A stretch of DNA of 64,000 bases, from positions 52,232 through 116,231 of IMG/VR virus record IMGVR_UViG_3300031576_000006; one strand, 5' to 3'. The DNA is from a virus. Position numbers and translations under genes: made by a program. Positions 9,167 through 18,804 of the stretch are shown piece after piece (the first letter of the stretch is position 1; every line of letters starts with the position of its first letter). The notes beneath the pieces were generated by a model, which worked only from the letters and a program-made list of their open reading frames with translations, searched no databases and was not told the origin of the DNA.

Positions 9167-9410
9167 AGAAGCCAAGTTCATAGCAATTCTTTTGGACATG
9201 GCCAAAGATGAGTTCGCAAATCACGGCTGCAATGATCTATCAGACGAACTTAGAAACTTTTTCACAAAAGAAGAACAGGATAAGCTCAACAGAGATATGC
9301 ACAATTGGAACGGTGACCCTGAAGAGTACCGTAGGGGTGAACCGCTTATGAATTATGACTGGCTTTGGATGTCATTCTTTGCTGGTAAACTAAGAGGAGA
9401 AATAAGATGA
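9150..9410 (+). CDS. Conserved phage hypothetical protein
   Basis: EF.NHGCND...WNGDPEE motif; GGAG-preceded ATG at 9150 within track ORF 9096-9410. Confidence 0.65.
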   Translation: MVLSDKEAKFIAILLDMAKDEFANHGCNDLSDELRNFFTKEEQDKLNRDMHNWNGDPEEYRRGEPLMNYDWLWMSFFAGKLRGEIR

Positions 9411-10441
9411 ACTTTAATCGCAGGCCCAGACTAGATATGGGCTATGGCAACCCCGGATTCCTTCAGTCATACTGGCAGGAAGTTGGCCTGAGATTTCTTT
9501 CCAATCCACTAATAAGTCAAATGAGTTATCCACATAGTAAAGCTACTCTTCCGGAATTAGCTAACTACATCCGACTTATCCACAAGAAACATAAGAATGT
9601 AAAAATTACTGATAAGTCTCATATTGTAGTGACCAACGGAGCCGTTCAAGCTCTCTCTGCTGCAATGTTCTATTACCATAGAAAAAAGTACGTAGACTAT
9701 ATGTACGCCCCCATTCCTTATTGGGGTAGGTTCGATGACTTAGCCTCCAATCTACATATCACATTAGTCAATCAATGGTTAATGGATGACACTAAAACTG
9801 ATTACCAACAGGCTACTGCAGTTAAGAAAGATAGTGGGGTAATTTCACTTATCACTTCACCCAACAATCCGGACGGACAGGATACTTCAAAGCTTCCAGC
9901 TACAATCAGAGATGCCTGTTATAATTGGTCACATTATACCGATAAGGTCGTCAAGTTCAAAGATGAGGTTGTAATCTTTTCACTATCTAAATTCTCTGGC
10001 CATTCTTCCTCACGTATAGGCTGGGCTATTACTGAAAATCCTGAGATTGCCGAAACTATGCAAAAGTATATAGACACCTTTACTAGTGGAGTCAGTATAG
10101 ATGCTCAAGTGAAGGCATCCAGAATTTTGTCTTATATGAATTCAAACAATGATTTCGTGTTTGATAGTTTGGCTGGAATCATAAAGAAAAGAAATTTCAT
10201 ATTAAGAAAGCTTGTAAAACATACACAGCTTCCAATTAAGATCCTATCAAGACAAGGCATGTTTTTATATGTCGAATGCGATCCAGACTTAGTTAAAAAG
10301 CTTAATGTAGAATGTACAAACGGTAAGTACTTCGGAGACAACGAAGATCGACACAGATTTAATATTGGCGTCACTGAAGAAGTGTTTGTAGAGTTTGTTT
10401 CGAGACTTACACAAGTAAGTAAAGATTACATTAAAACGTAA
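9407..10441 (+). CDS. PLP-dependent aminotransferase, alliinase/TAA1-like (fold type I)
   Basis: LDMGYGNP..LQSYW, HIVVTNGAVQAL, TSPNNPDG, DACYNWSHYT, FSLSKFSGHSSSRIGWA (PLP lysine). Confidence 0.85.
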   Translation: MNFNRRPRLDMGYGNPGFLQSYWQEVGLRFLSNPLISQMSYPHSKATLPELANYIRLIHKKHKNVKITDKSHIVVTNGAVQALSAAMFYYHRKKYVDYMYAPIPYWGRFDDLASNLHITLVNQWLMDDTKTDYQQATAVKKDSGVISLITSPNNPDGQDTSKLPATIRDACYNWSHYTDKVVKFKDEVVIFSLSKFSGHSSSRIGWAITENPEIAETMQKYIDTFTSGVSIDAQVKASRILSYMNSNNDFVFDSLAGIIKKRNFILRKLVKHTQLPIKILSRQGMFLYVECDPDLVKKLNVECTNGKYFGDNEDRHRFNIGVTEEVFVEFVSRLTQVSKDYIKT

Positions 10442-10718
10442 AGCCAAACATCAATCGACCTTCTTTATTATTCCCTTCAATTGATATGTATTTGTTAATC
10501 ACAGCCCTAGCATTATGACCAGTACTAAAGATGATCAATGGCATAGTGTAAGGAACAAGTACCTCGCTGACAAAAGGACCGGCCACTTTCTTAGCCTGCA
10601 TCTCACCACGCTGTACCATTTCCCTAAACTCCTTATTCTGTGCGTAGTAAGCCTCTGGAGTCTTATTACACTCGTATCCACTGACACACATAGCAATAAC
10701 GAACGCTTCTAACCACAT
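10431..10718 (-). CDS. Putative exported/outer-membrane protein
   Basis: Likely start MWLEAFVIAMC at 10718; C-terminus RLMFGFTF. Confidence 0.6.
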   Translation of the reverse strand: MWLEAFVIAMCVSGYECNKTPEAYYAQNKEFREMVQRGEMQAKKVAGPFVSEVLVPYTMPLIIFSTGHNARAVINKYISIEGNNKEGRLMFGFTF

Positions 10719-10724
10719 ACTGAC

Positions 10725-10753
10725 AATATACCACATGTCAGCACTTTGTGCAA
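10725..10753 (-). promoter_or_regulatory. Sigma70-type promoter, probably leaderless transcript
   Basis: TTGCAC-17 nt-TATATT with extended TG, ATG 6 nt downstream; CTGACA..TGTCAG inverted repeat at 10720-10741. Confidence 0.6.
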
Positions 10754-10774
10754 TTAACACCAATATCCAATGAT

Positions 10775-10804
10775 ATCGCTAGCTTAGCTCAAAAACTTAA
10801 TAAT
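10775..10804 (+). promoter_or_regulatory. Putative late promoter motif, copy 3
   Basis: ATCGCTAGCTTAGCTCAAAAACTTAATAAT. Confidence 0.75.
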
Positions 10805-10851
10805 AAACCGTCCCACTTCCCCGCCTTTCTATCCTTCAATTAGGAAAACCT

Positions 10852-11244
10852 ATGAAAAAGCTGCCGGACATAATTAAATTTGTGTCTCTTGAATCCGTTG
10901 GTGAGAACACTGGTCACCGATATGTTGGGTCTTTTCGACTCAAAGTTTTAATAACTCATGATCAACGTTTTGCCATTGAGCGTACATATAAAGAGATGTT
11001 GCCTGATGATGTTGGCGTCATTCAAGAGATTAAAATCAGATGTGGCGCTATAGCCGAGCTTGAGCATCGTGTCGTTGAAGCTCCATTATGGTGGAGAGAT
11101 TCACGCAATGGTAGAGACCTTATCGATTCACAGCCCCTATATGACATGATGATCCATATCTCTGAAAAGTACGAAGAATGGAAATCTGAACTTCAAAAGG
11201 AAGTAGCTGAGCCGAATGTACCTACCGAACAATCAAGTTCTTAA
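10852..11244 (+). CDS. Putative tail assembly chaperone 1
   Basis: Position two genes upstream of the tape measure; VVEAP.WW motif. Confidence 0.55.
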   Translation: MKKLPDIIKFVSLESVGENTGHRYVGSFRLKVLITHDQRFAIERTYKEMLPDDVGVIQEIKIRCGAIAELEHRVVEAPLWWRDSRNGRDLIDSQPLYDMMIHISEKYEEWKSELQKEVAEPNVPTEQSSS

Positions 11245-11722
11245 ATATATTAGGCTTTTGTCTATTTATAATGTCAATAGTAATTCCATTGAGTGGTATG
11301 TAGAACAGGCCTATCGATACTATTCCAAGACCTACCATACCCCATTACACGTTGCTCGTAAGAATATGATCCCAGCTGAAGTCGTCCAGATCTTTATGGA
11401 AGATGAGATGGCCGATATGAATCCTGAAGATGTCACGGCCCTTAAGGATAGACTTGTAAAAGTTCCAAAACCTATGCTTAATGTCGAAGACTATCAACCT
11501 GAAGAAGACACTGAGCTTTCCGATGAAGAATGGGTTATGCAACAAATGGCTGAAGCTGCTAAGAATGAAAAGAATACAAAACCAAAGCCTAAGGCCAATC
11601 CTGGCCCAAGTATGGGAGATGCCATGTCGGCAGCCCAGAAGGCCGTTCAAAACCTATATTCTCAATTAAACAAACCTACGCCTGATAAAGATGAAGGCGA
11701 AATCAAGTTCAATAAAGAGTAA
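11216..11722 (+). CDS. Putative tail assembly chaperone 2
   Basis: Immediately upstream of the tape measure; RYYSKTYHTPL motif, acidic. Confidence 0.5.
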   Translation: MYLPNNQVLKYIRLLSIYNVNSNSIEWYVEQAYRYYSKTYHTPLHVARKNMIPAEVVQIFMEDEMADMNPEDVTALKDRLVKVPKPMLNVEDYQPEEDTELSDEEWVMQQMAEAAKNEKNTKPKPKANPGPSMGDAMSAAQKAVQNLYSQLNKPTPDKDEGEIKFNKE

Positions 11723-11725
11723 TAA

Positions 11726-14059
11726 ATGCAAAGCGACTTAATCAAGCAGATTATCCTCAAATTTAAGACAGAAGGCGCTGATCAGGTCAAGCGGGTCGCT
11801 GACTCGATGACTAAATCATTTAATCCTCGCGAGACCGAAAGGTTCATGCGTAACCTTGAGCAAGTCCAACAGAAGTTTGGTAAGGCTGGCACTGGTATGA
11901 GCGCTGAGCTTAAAAAGGTTACAGAATATTTCAAAGAACTTAATAATCAGCACTTCCAGCGAGCCGAGCGTAACCTCGATCGTATGGGTAGACTTATTAA
12001 GAATCAGATCGAAAATATTGAACGCCTTAAAAGAGAGGGTGCTTCTGCTGAAGAGATCGGTAAACGTCAGACCACACTTAAGTCGGCCACTCAAAGCATG
12101 GAACTGTTAGCAAATCAAACTCCATATAAAAGAGATCAATTGCGCGACTATATGGAAGGTCAAATTCCAGGACTAACCCAAGTAAGACGTATTGGCGGTA
12201 TGCTGTCTCCAGGCATGAAAATGGCCGGTGGAGCGGTAGTGGGTGCAGCTGGAGTAGCAAGTTTAGTAGCAAGTGCCACTAGCACCGTGAATGAGATTAA
12301 AAAAGAGAGCATGCAAAACCGCATCGCAGTTGCTGATATAATCAAATCACAAGCCTTGGATGTGTTTGGCGGTAATATGTCTCGTGCTGCACTTTATTCA
12401 AATAAGCAGCGCAGAGAAGGTATAGCTTCAGACCTTGGCACCCTACAAACTACACAAGATATTGCGACTGGCGCTAGAGGAATTGGCGGTACGCTGATGA
12501 CTGTAGGCGGCGGTATTCTTGGCAGTGCATTTGGTCCTCTCGGAACGGTTGCTGGTGCGTGGGCTGGAAGTAAACTTGGCGGTATGTTAGGTTTAGGCGG
12601 TGCAGGAGATACCATTAATGCCGGTAAATACTTTTTAGCCGGTGGACGAGAAGCTGCAATTCAAAAGAATAGACAGCTGGCGGAAGATAAAGCCGAGTCT
12701 CAAACAATGGATCTCGAATACTACAAAGAATTTGGTCGCAATGCTGAAATGCGATTCAATTATCAAAGACAGTTAGGATTAGGAGATCAGACTGCCCTAG
12801 ACGTTAGAGAACGATTCCGTGCAGCTGGAGTGTTAGATGAGGGTCAAATAGCTCAGTCAATGCTCAGCTTTCGCAGATTTGGAGCGCGTACAGCACCGAC
12901 TGTTGGTGCTCAAACTGCCGAGATGGCTAAACAAATGGGCATGTCACAAGAGTCCGCACAGATGTTAATGCAGAACGTTGCAGGAGTTAATCGTGGTGGT
13001 ATTGGTACAGCAAAGAAGGATTTGGAAGAACTCTTTAGACGTGCAGTAGCTTCAGGGGTTACTGATTCAGGTCTAATCGAAGAATATCAGAAATCAGCTA
13101 CCGGCTTAATGCAAGTATTGGGATCTCGTATGAATGCCGGTCAGATTGCCGGAGCGATGAATAGCTTTATGTTAGAAGGTGCTGGTCAGCGTGAGATTGC
13201 AGCTATACAACCAGCCATACAAGCTTTCGGCCAAACAATGAAAGGCGCTAGCCCATTAATGCAGGCCAAGAGCACTGCTGGTATATTAAATCTATCTCGT
13301 GATGCTAAAGGTAATGTCAATATGTTGGCATTACAATATCTCAGCAACCTTAATCCCACAGAATTGGCAACACTGAATGAGAACGATCCGGTTTTACAGC
13401 AACTGAATGAGAACGATCCGGTTTTACAGCAGATGGGTATTACTGCTGACAAGATCAAAACTTTCAGAAGAGATCAATCTCTCGGAACTCTGCGATCTAA
13501 CCTCGGTGCAGAGCCTGGCCTTAAACTGTTAAATAAAGCTCAGACAAAAGGTGCAAATCTTACAGAAGGTGACCAGCGAATGCTTGCTATTGGCTTCGGA
13601 CATACCGGTACTGGCGATATTCGAACAATTCAATCATTCCTTAAAGCCAATCTCGAATCAGCTGGCGGTGCAGGCGAAGGATTAACCTTTCAAGGTCCTG
13701 GTGGAGCACAGATAGGTTTGAAAGCTGTGCAAACTATGACAGCCGAACAAGTTATGGCTGATCAAGCTGGAACTCCAATATCGGCAGGCGTTGGGGTAAG
13801 AGCTAAGGCCGAAGGTCAAACCGAATTAGACCGACAGGTATATGAAAAAGTTTCTAAGAATATAGACAGCGTTTATGCGGTTTTTAAAGAACAGACCACA
13901 CAAGTAATGCAGGATCTTGATAAGAACGTTTTGGCAGGTCCTATCGGTGAAATCGGTGATGCTGCACAACGCATTGCTAATGCACTTTCCAGTGCCGCTG
14001 ATCGTATTGAGGGTAATTCTTCCCATAGACAATCCTCTTCAAAACAGCCGGGTGAATAA
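11726..14059 (+). CDS. Tail tape measure protein
   Basis: 777 aa, helical A/G/Q-rich, Gly-rich hydrophobic segments (GPLGTVAGAWAGSKLGG), canonical position. Confidence 0.8.
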   Translation: MQSDLIKQIILKFKTEGADQVKRVADSMTKSFNPRETERFMRNLEQVQQKFGKAGTGMSAELKKVTEYFKELNNQHFQRAERNLDRMGRLIKNQIENIERLKREGASAEEIGKRQTTLKSATQSMELLANQTPYKRDQLRDYMEGQIPGLTQVRRIGGMLSPGMKMAGGAVVGAAGVASLVASATSTVNEIKKESMQNRIAVADIIKSQALDVFGGNMSRAALYSNKQRREGIASDLGTLQTTQDIATGARGIGGTLMTVGGGILGSAFGPLGTVAGAWAGSKLGGMLGLGGAGDTINAGKYFLAGGREAAIQKNRQLAEDKAESQTMDLEYYKEFGRNAEMRFNYQRQLGLGDQTALDVRERFRAAGVLDEGQIAQSMLSFRRFGARTAPTVGAQTAEMAKQMGMSQESAQMLMQNVAGVNRGGIGTAKKDLEELFRRAVASGVTDSGLIEEYQKSATGLMQVLGSRMNAGQIAGAMNSFMLEGAGQREIAAIQPAIQAFGQTMKGASPLMQAKSTAGILNLSRDAKGNVNMLALQYLSNLNPTELATLNENDPVLQQLNENDPVLQQMGITADKIKTFRRDQSLGTLRSNLGAEPGLKLLNKAQTKGANLTEGDQRMLAIGFGHTGTGDIRTIQSFLKANLESAGGAGEGLTFQGPGGAQIGLKAVQTMTAEQVMADQAGTPISAGVGVRAKAEGQTELDRQVYEKVSKNIDSVYAVFKEQTTQVMQDLDKNVLAGPIGEIGDAAQRIANALSSAADRIEGNSSHRQSSSKQPGE
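13372..13431 (+). repeat. Perfect 30-bp tandem duplication in the tape measure gene
   Basis: ACTGAATGAGAACGATCCGGTTTTACAGCA x2 (LNENDPVLQQ x2). Confidence 0.95.
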
Positions 14060-15951
14060 TGGCGGCAATTAAATTGATAAAGCCAAGTCATCCAGATAGT
14101 CATCAACAGGCTCCAAGTCCTATTGTATGTTTCTTACCTTTTACCTATCGAGATACTTATAATAATAAAAAAACATTCCCTGATGTAAGTATTACAGAGA
14201 AATCTCTTAGTATAGAAGAGCCAATTGTGGTAGTGAATGATGCCGTAAAAATTACAATAATGAACTCTAAGGCAAATGCCATAGATACTGCAGAAATTTT
14301 GCTCATGTCGGGCGATATTAATTATTCAGCAGCAATAGCCCCCGGAGATCATGCATTGATTTGGTTGGTCAACAATCAGGAAGATTATGAAAAAGTTTCA
14401 AACGACGTAAAAAACAATCGCGTATCTTTGAATGGCGAAAAGAGCGGCCTTAAATTTATCGGTAAGGTTAATTCAGTACGTCAAATCCTTCAAACTCAAG
14501 GGACAGACGGGAAAAAGTTTTATAAATTTAACGTTACTCTGTCTGGATTTTCAGAATTTCAAACACAGGTTTATTATAACGAGCTACTGAGTTCCGTTAT
14601 AAATTCTGTTGATAAGAATGCCTCTAATGTCCAATTTTTTGCACAGATTAGTGAACAGTATCAGGATCTTTTTAAGTCTATTGAAAATGACGCTAGGTTA
14701 CCTACGGAGGAATTAATTAAATTTTTTGTTGATGTGTTTATGGGTCCAGGGCCTAAAAACAATGCTTCGGTTATTGACAGTAAGCTAGTTCAAACTCCGA
14801 ATGCAGCATTTCTTATTCCAACTGAACTTGCTAGATACTTGGGACTCGCCCTTGGAGAAAAGGCAGACAAAAGCCTCGGCTTTCAATATAGCGATATTTT
14901 ACAACGAATTTTCGGATTACAAAGTTACAGCAGTAATAATATGTTTCCCGACCTGTTCCCTTCAGATCATAACAATTATTTTAAATGTAGTCCGCTCAAG
15001 GGTGGAACTCTTATTCCTCCTGCAAACTTTAACAACATAAGTCTTTGGTCTATTTTACAGCAATTTGGCAACCCCGCACTAAATGAAATTTATACAACTT
15101 TGAAGTTTATTCCAAATAGGGGAATTATGCCTACGCTGGTTCTTAGACAGCTTCCATTTTCAACTCGATTTCTTGCTAACCAATTTGGTCCTGACGAAAT
15201 GACTCAGATAGCAAACCTGCCCAGATGGAAGTTAGATGATAATTACCCAGTGAGTCAATACAATCTTGGGACCTCCGACGCTGAGCGATTCAACTTCTTC
15301 CAGGTATATACTAATTCAATCTCAGATAATGATTCCCAGAGGGCCATACAACTTCAACTTATTCTTGGTAATGTGCGCACAGATCTTGCTGATATTATTA
15401 GATCCGGTCCCCGCATTCATTCTAGTACAAGCGATACGGAAGCTGCAGTAAAAGGTAAAACAATTGATTCAGCTGCCATTAATGAATGGGCAGATCTTAT
15501 TGCTGATTTCTTTGCCAACGGACACCTCAAAATGAATGGTACAATTACTGTCGCCGGTATTCAAGATCCAATCGCCGTTGGTGATAATTTTCAATTTGAT
15601 GGTAAGGTATTTCACATCGAAGGCATTCAGCACGTTTATGAAATAGAGCCCACTAAGGGCAATAAAGTTTTTCAAACAACCCTAATGTTGTCGCATGGTT
15701 ATTATATTAATCCATCAACTGGAGAATTAAATTATATGACCGAACAAGTCAGGGAACGTGCGTTCCAGGCCGATAAGCATCTGCCTGGGTTTACAGATGA
15801 GGAAAGATATATAAATGATGTGCCAATATCATCAACTAATGATTCAGCCAATAAACCAACGCAATTACGGAAAAAGATTGAAACCTTCACAAATGATACT
15901 GTGACGAGCGCATCAAGTCGATTGAAGGGTAAATATGAAAATAAAGCATAA
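14059..15951 (+). CDS. Baseplate hub protein (gp27-like)
   Basis: Position after the TMP; C-terminal NGTITV.G....I.VGD......FHIEGI.H hub-type motif. Confidence 0.6.
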   Translation: MAAIKLIKPSHPDSHQQAPSPIVCFLPFTYRDTYNNKKTFPDVSITEKSLSIEEPIVVVNDAVKITIMNSKANAIDTAEILLMSGDINYSAAIAPGDHALIWLVNNQEDYEKVSNDVKNNRVSLNGEKSGLKFIGKVNSVRQILQTQGTDGKKFYKFNVTLSGFSEFQTQVYYNELLSSVINSVDKNASNVQFFAQISEQYQDLFKSIENDARLPTEELIKFFVDVFMGPGPKNNASVIDSKLVQTPNAAFLIPTELARYLGLALGEKADKSLGFQYSDILQRIFGLQSYSSNNMFPDLFPSDHNNYFKCSPLKGGTLIPPANFNNISLWSILQQFGNPALNEIYTTLKFIPNRGIMPTLVLRQLPFSTRFLANQFGPDEMTQIANLPRWKLDDNYPVSQYNLGTSDAERFNFFQVYTNSISDNDSQRAIQLQLILGNVRTDLADIIRSGPRIHSSTSDTEAAVKGKTIDSAAINEWADLIADFFANGHLKMNGTITVAGIQDPIAVGDNFQFDGKVFHIEGIQHVYEIEPTKGNKVFQTTLMLSHGYYINPSTGELNYMTEQVRERAFQADKHLPGFTDEERYINDVPISSTNDSANKPTQLRKKIETFTNDTVTSASSRLKGKYENKA

Positions 15952-15960
15952 GGAATTAAA

Positions 15961-17058
15961 ATGGGAATGATACTAAGCGACGGATCGATATTACAGTCGG
16001 CATTAAGTTCAGCGCCAAAGACTAAAGCTAGCGACGTTTATAGAATGGACTTCGGCCTTAAGCGTGGCGTTGTAAAGGCTATATATTATCCTGATCAAAA
16101 AGAAAACGTAACTAAGCAATTCGTAGAATATGATGTAATTGTTATCGAAGAGCGTGCTGATGGTGCAGCTGCCACTGTAATTTATTCACGTTGCCAAACT
16201 ATGGATAAATTCTGTACACCAAATGACTTCGAAACATTTGTTCTTCAGTCTAACTCAGAAAAAGATAAGGGCCGATATAAGCAAGGCGCTCAGGTTCTAT
16301 TGTTGGCAATTAATGGTAATGCGGCTGCCGCTAAAGGTATCATTGTTGGTGGAGTATCTTATCCGTTCGCTACTAAGCCCCAACAGTCTGATGGTAAATA
16401 TTACGAATCACAATTCAATGGCCTCAATGTAAAAATCGATAAAGACGGTCAATACTCTCTGACATTCAATTCTCCTATCGATGTGAACCGCAAGAAGACT
16501 AACGCTAAGGCTGCTGGTACTAAGATGGAGATCTTCAAAGACGGTCGTATGAAGATGAGCGATAACGAAGGTCAGTATTGGGAGATTGACAGAGCCAATC
16601 AAAAATCCATATGGGCTAACGGTGCAGAGTCAATTATCATCGACAAAAAGAACAAGAAAATCGATCTCGTCACTAGTGGTACAATGAGCGAAACTATTAA
16701 AGACTCTAAGACCACAATGGTTACCAACAAAGATCATTCGATTGAAACTGCCAGCGGATCTATCATAGAGAAATCTGGCAAAGATATCAATCGCGAAGCT
16801 AAAGCTAATATCATAGAGAAGGCTGGAGCCAATTGGATGTTCGAAGCTGGTGCCAATGTGATCATTAAGTCCGGTGGTAACGTCCAAATCCAGGCAAGCG
16901 GTAATGCTCAACTTAAAGGTGTATTGAATCTTATTGGTGACGGATCAGTTCTTGCGGCTGGTGTCGGTATCAGTCAGTGTTTTGGAATCGGTAATCTTGG
17001 CGGACCTGTCATGAGCAATATTATAACTGGATCTTCTACGGTCCTCATAGGTGCATAA
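15961..17058 (+). CDS. Baseplate central spike (gp5/gpV-like)
   Basis: N-terminal OB-like region, beta-helix repeats (IIEKSGKD/IIEKAGAN/IIKSGGN), PAAR-like end IITGSSTVLIG. Confidence 0.7.
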   Translation: MGMILSDGSILQSALSSAPKTKASDVYRMDFGLKRGVVKAIYYPDQKENVTKQFVEYDVIVIEERADGAAATVIYSRCQTMDKFCTPNDFETFVLQSNSEKDKGRYKQGAQVLLLAINGNAAAAKGIIVGGVSYPFATKPQQSDGKYYESQFNGLNVKIDKDGQYSLTFNSPIDVNRKKTNAKAAGTKMEIFKDGRMKMSDNEGQYWEIDRANQKSIWANGAESIIIDKKNKKIDLVTSGTMSETIKDSKTTMVTNKDHSIETASGSIIEKSGKDINREAKANIIEKAGANWMFEAGANVIIKSGGNVQIQASGNAQLKGVLNLIGDGSVLAAGVGISQCFGIGNLGGPVMSNIITGSSTVLIGA

Positions 17059-17285
17059 TGATTTTCAATATAAAAAATACACAGGGTAAGAAAGTCAAAG
17101 TCTTCGATCCCCTCGGAAACATAATCAAGAGTGCTGTATATTATTGCGCCATTACACGGGAGGTAAGATTTTTAGCAAACTCCCTAAAGTACCCCACTAA
17201 AATCGCCATTCGCGATGGGAAGCCTATAATCATCACGGCGATTTGGGAAAACTCTTGGATTGAAGTCGATGGAGTCAGATATTAA
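17058..17285 (+). CDS. Hypothetical protein
   Basis: 75 aa, TAATG-coupled on both sides. Confidence 0.65.
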   Translation: MIFNIKNTQGKKVKVFDPLGNIIKSAVYYCAITREVRFLANSLKYPTKIAIRDGKPIIITAIWENSWIEVDGVRY

Positions 17286-18796
17286 TGCCAATTAGTTTTA
17301 CAGCTGCAGAGAGAAAAGCTATAACTCGACGCCAAATCAGAATTGCTTTGGAGAATTCGGGCTTTGCTTTGTCTATCGCCGCGTTCGCCGGTCAGAGCAT
17401 AGCCTTATTGCAGGTAGATGTGGCCAACACTGTGTTCTATGATTTCTATAATGGTATCGTCGAAGCATATGAAGGTGAAGGCCGGAAGATGAATGGATTA
17501 ATTCCTTCACTCTATACTGGTGCCGATATTATTTCGAACGCACAAACACCAAACTTAGATCCCTTTTTTCCAATGACTCCTGCTCCTTCATATATTCGGA
17601 ACCTTCCACTAATTCAAGATGGTACACATACGAACAATAAAGTGAAGGGTTTCTTCCATCCCACGGGAACTGATGCTAGGTACGAGCAAAATATCCTGAG
17701 CAATGGAACTGTCTATGATGGACTCACAGAAATGATCTTCCGGCTTAATAACGGTATATCTGGCGGTGGAGCTACAACTACAACAACTACGGCAATTTCT
17801 GCCGGTGTTCAAACTGGCGTAGTTTTAACTGTAGCTGTTACAACCGGCTTTTCAAATGGTGAACTTGTATATATAAACAATGGTGCCGCCTCTGGAATTT
17901 ATCTCATAACTGGGATAGTACCTGCAACGAGTATTACCGTTAGTAGTGTAGTTCATACGCAGACTGGAATAGCATCAGGAGCAACTATAAAAAATACAGT
18001 TGCAGCTTTTACAAACACCGAACGAGAGAACTTAACGTCCAGTCTGTATCAGGAAATACTTACAAATATCACAAATAGAATCCTTTCACTCATTTCTGAA
18101 TGGGAGACTAATCTTAACTTCCAGGTTACGTTCATTACCGGTAATGATGACGATAGGGCTACTCAGGTTACTCAGAATACTGCAGCTTTGGCTGATGTAA
18201 ATAATGCAAAGTCGATCATCGATATTTGGCAGGCATTGGCCAGTACCGGCGTTGGTGCCAAATATACATCAGTCGGAATCGCTCCAATCTCCGCAGAAAT
18301 TACAGCTAGAGCAACTTTTATCTCCGCACGTCTTGCGGAGATTGCAACCGCATTAGGTGGAACATCAGGTGATACTTTGTTTCAATCAGGCGATACATTT
18401 GGAACAAACAGCGCAGGTAATCCATATTTCAATCGATATAAGTGGTTGAACTTCAGAATCAATAGGGCTTCAGGATCTCTTCGAAGGTACTATGCCGCAA
18501 CTCAATCTCAAGGGGCCGTACAGGAATTGTATGCGACGAATGTTTCCCTTCAGAGTGAATACGATTCATATTTCTTAACGAAATCGGTCGTATTTAACGA
18601 TGGCAGTGCAATTCTTCACATTAAGGATTTGGCTGGATTAGCGCCAAGTGACTCTTTGACTGTTGTTTCAGAAACACAGCCTGAGATTTCAAGGACTATA
18701 GTTTCTTTAATGGGAACCACACAAATACAACTTAACGCGCCAGTTCCCAAAACATACAAAACAGATGATATTGCGAGAATATTCAAGACTTTATAA
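17285..18796 (+). CDS. Putative baseplate/virion protein
   Basis: 503 aa in the baseplate operon, helical with a T/G-rich beta insert. Confidence 0.55.
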   Translation: MPISFTAAERKAITRRQIRIALENSGFALSIAAFAGQSIALLQVDVANTVFYDFYNGIVEAYEGEGRKMNGLIPSLYTGADIISNAQTPNLDPFFPMTPAPSYIRNLPLIQDGTHTNNKVKGFFHPTGTDARYEQNILSNGTVYDGLTEMIFRLNNGISGGGATTTTTTAISAGVQTGVVLTVAVTTGFSNGELVYINNGAASGIYLITGIVPATSITVSSVVHTQTGIASGATIKNTVAAFTNTERENLTSSLYQEILTNITNRILSLISEWETNLNFQVTFITGNDDDRATQVTQNTAALADVNNAKSIIDIWQALASTGVGAKYTSVGIAPISAEITARATFISARLAEIATALGGTSGDTLFQSGDTFGTNSAGNPYFNRYKWLNFRINRASGSLRRYYAATQSQGAVQELYATNVSLQSEYDSYFLTKSVVFNDGSAILHIKDLAGLAPSDSLTVVSETQPEISRTIVSLMGTTQIQLNAPVPKTYKTDDIARIFKTL

Positions 18797-18804
18797 GGTG
18801 AATT

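Noticed and set aside
11200-11244. Programmed -1 frameshift between the tail chaperone genes
   Set aside because: The second ORF is in the +1 frame, has a TAG just upstream of its ATG, and I see no slippery heptamer
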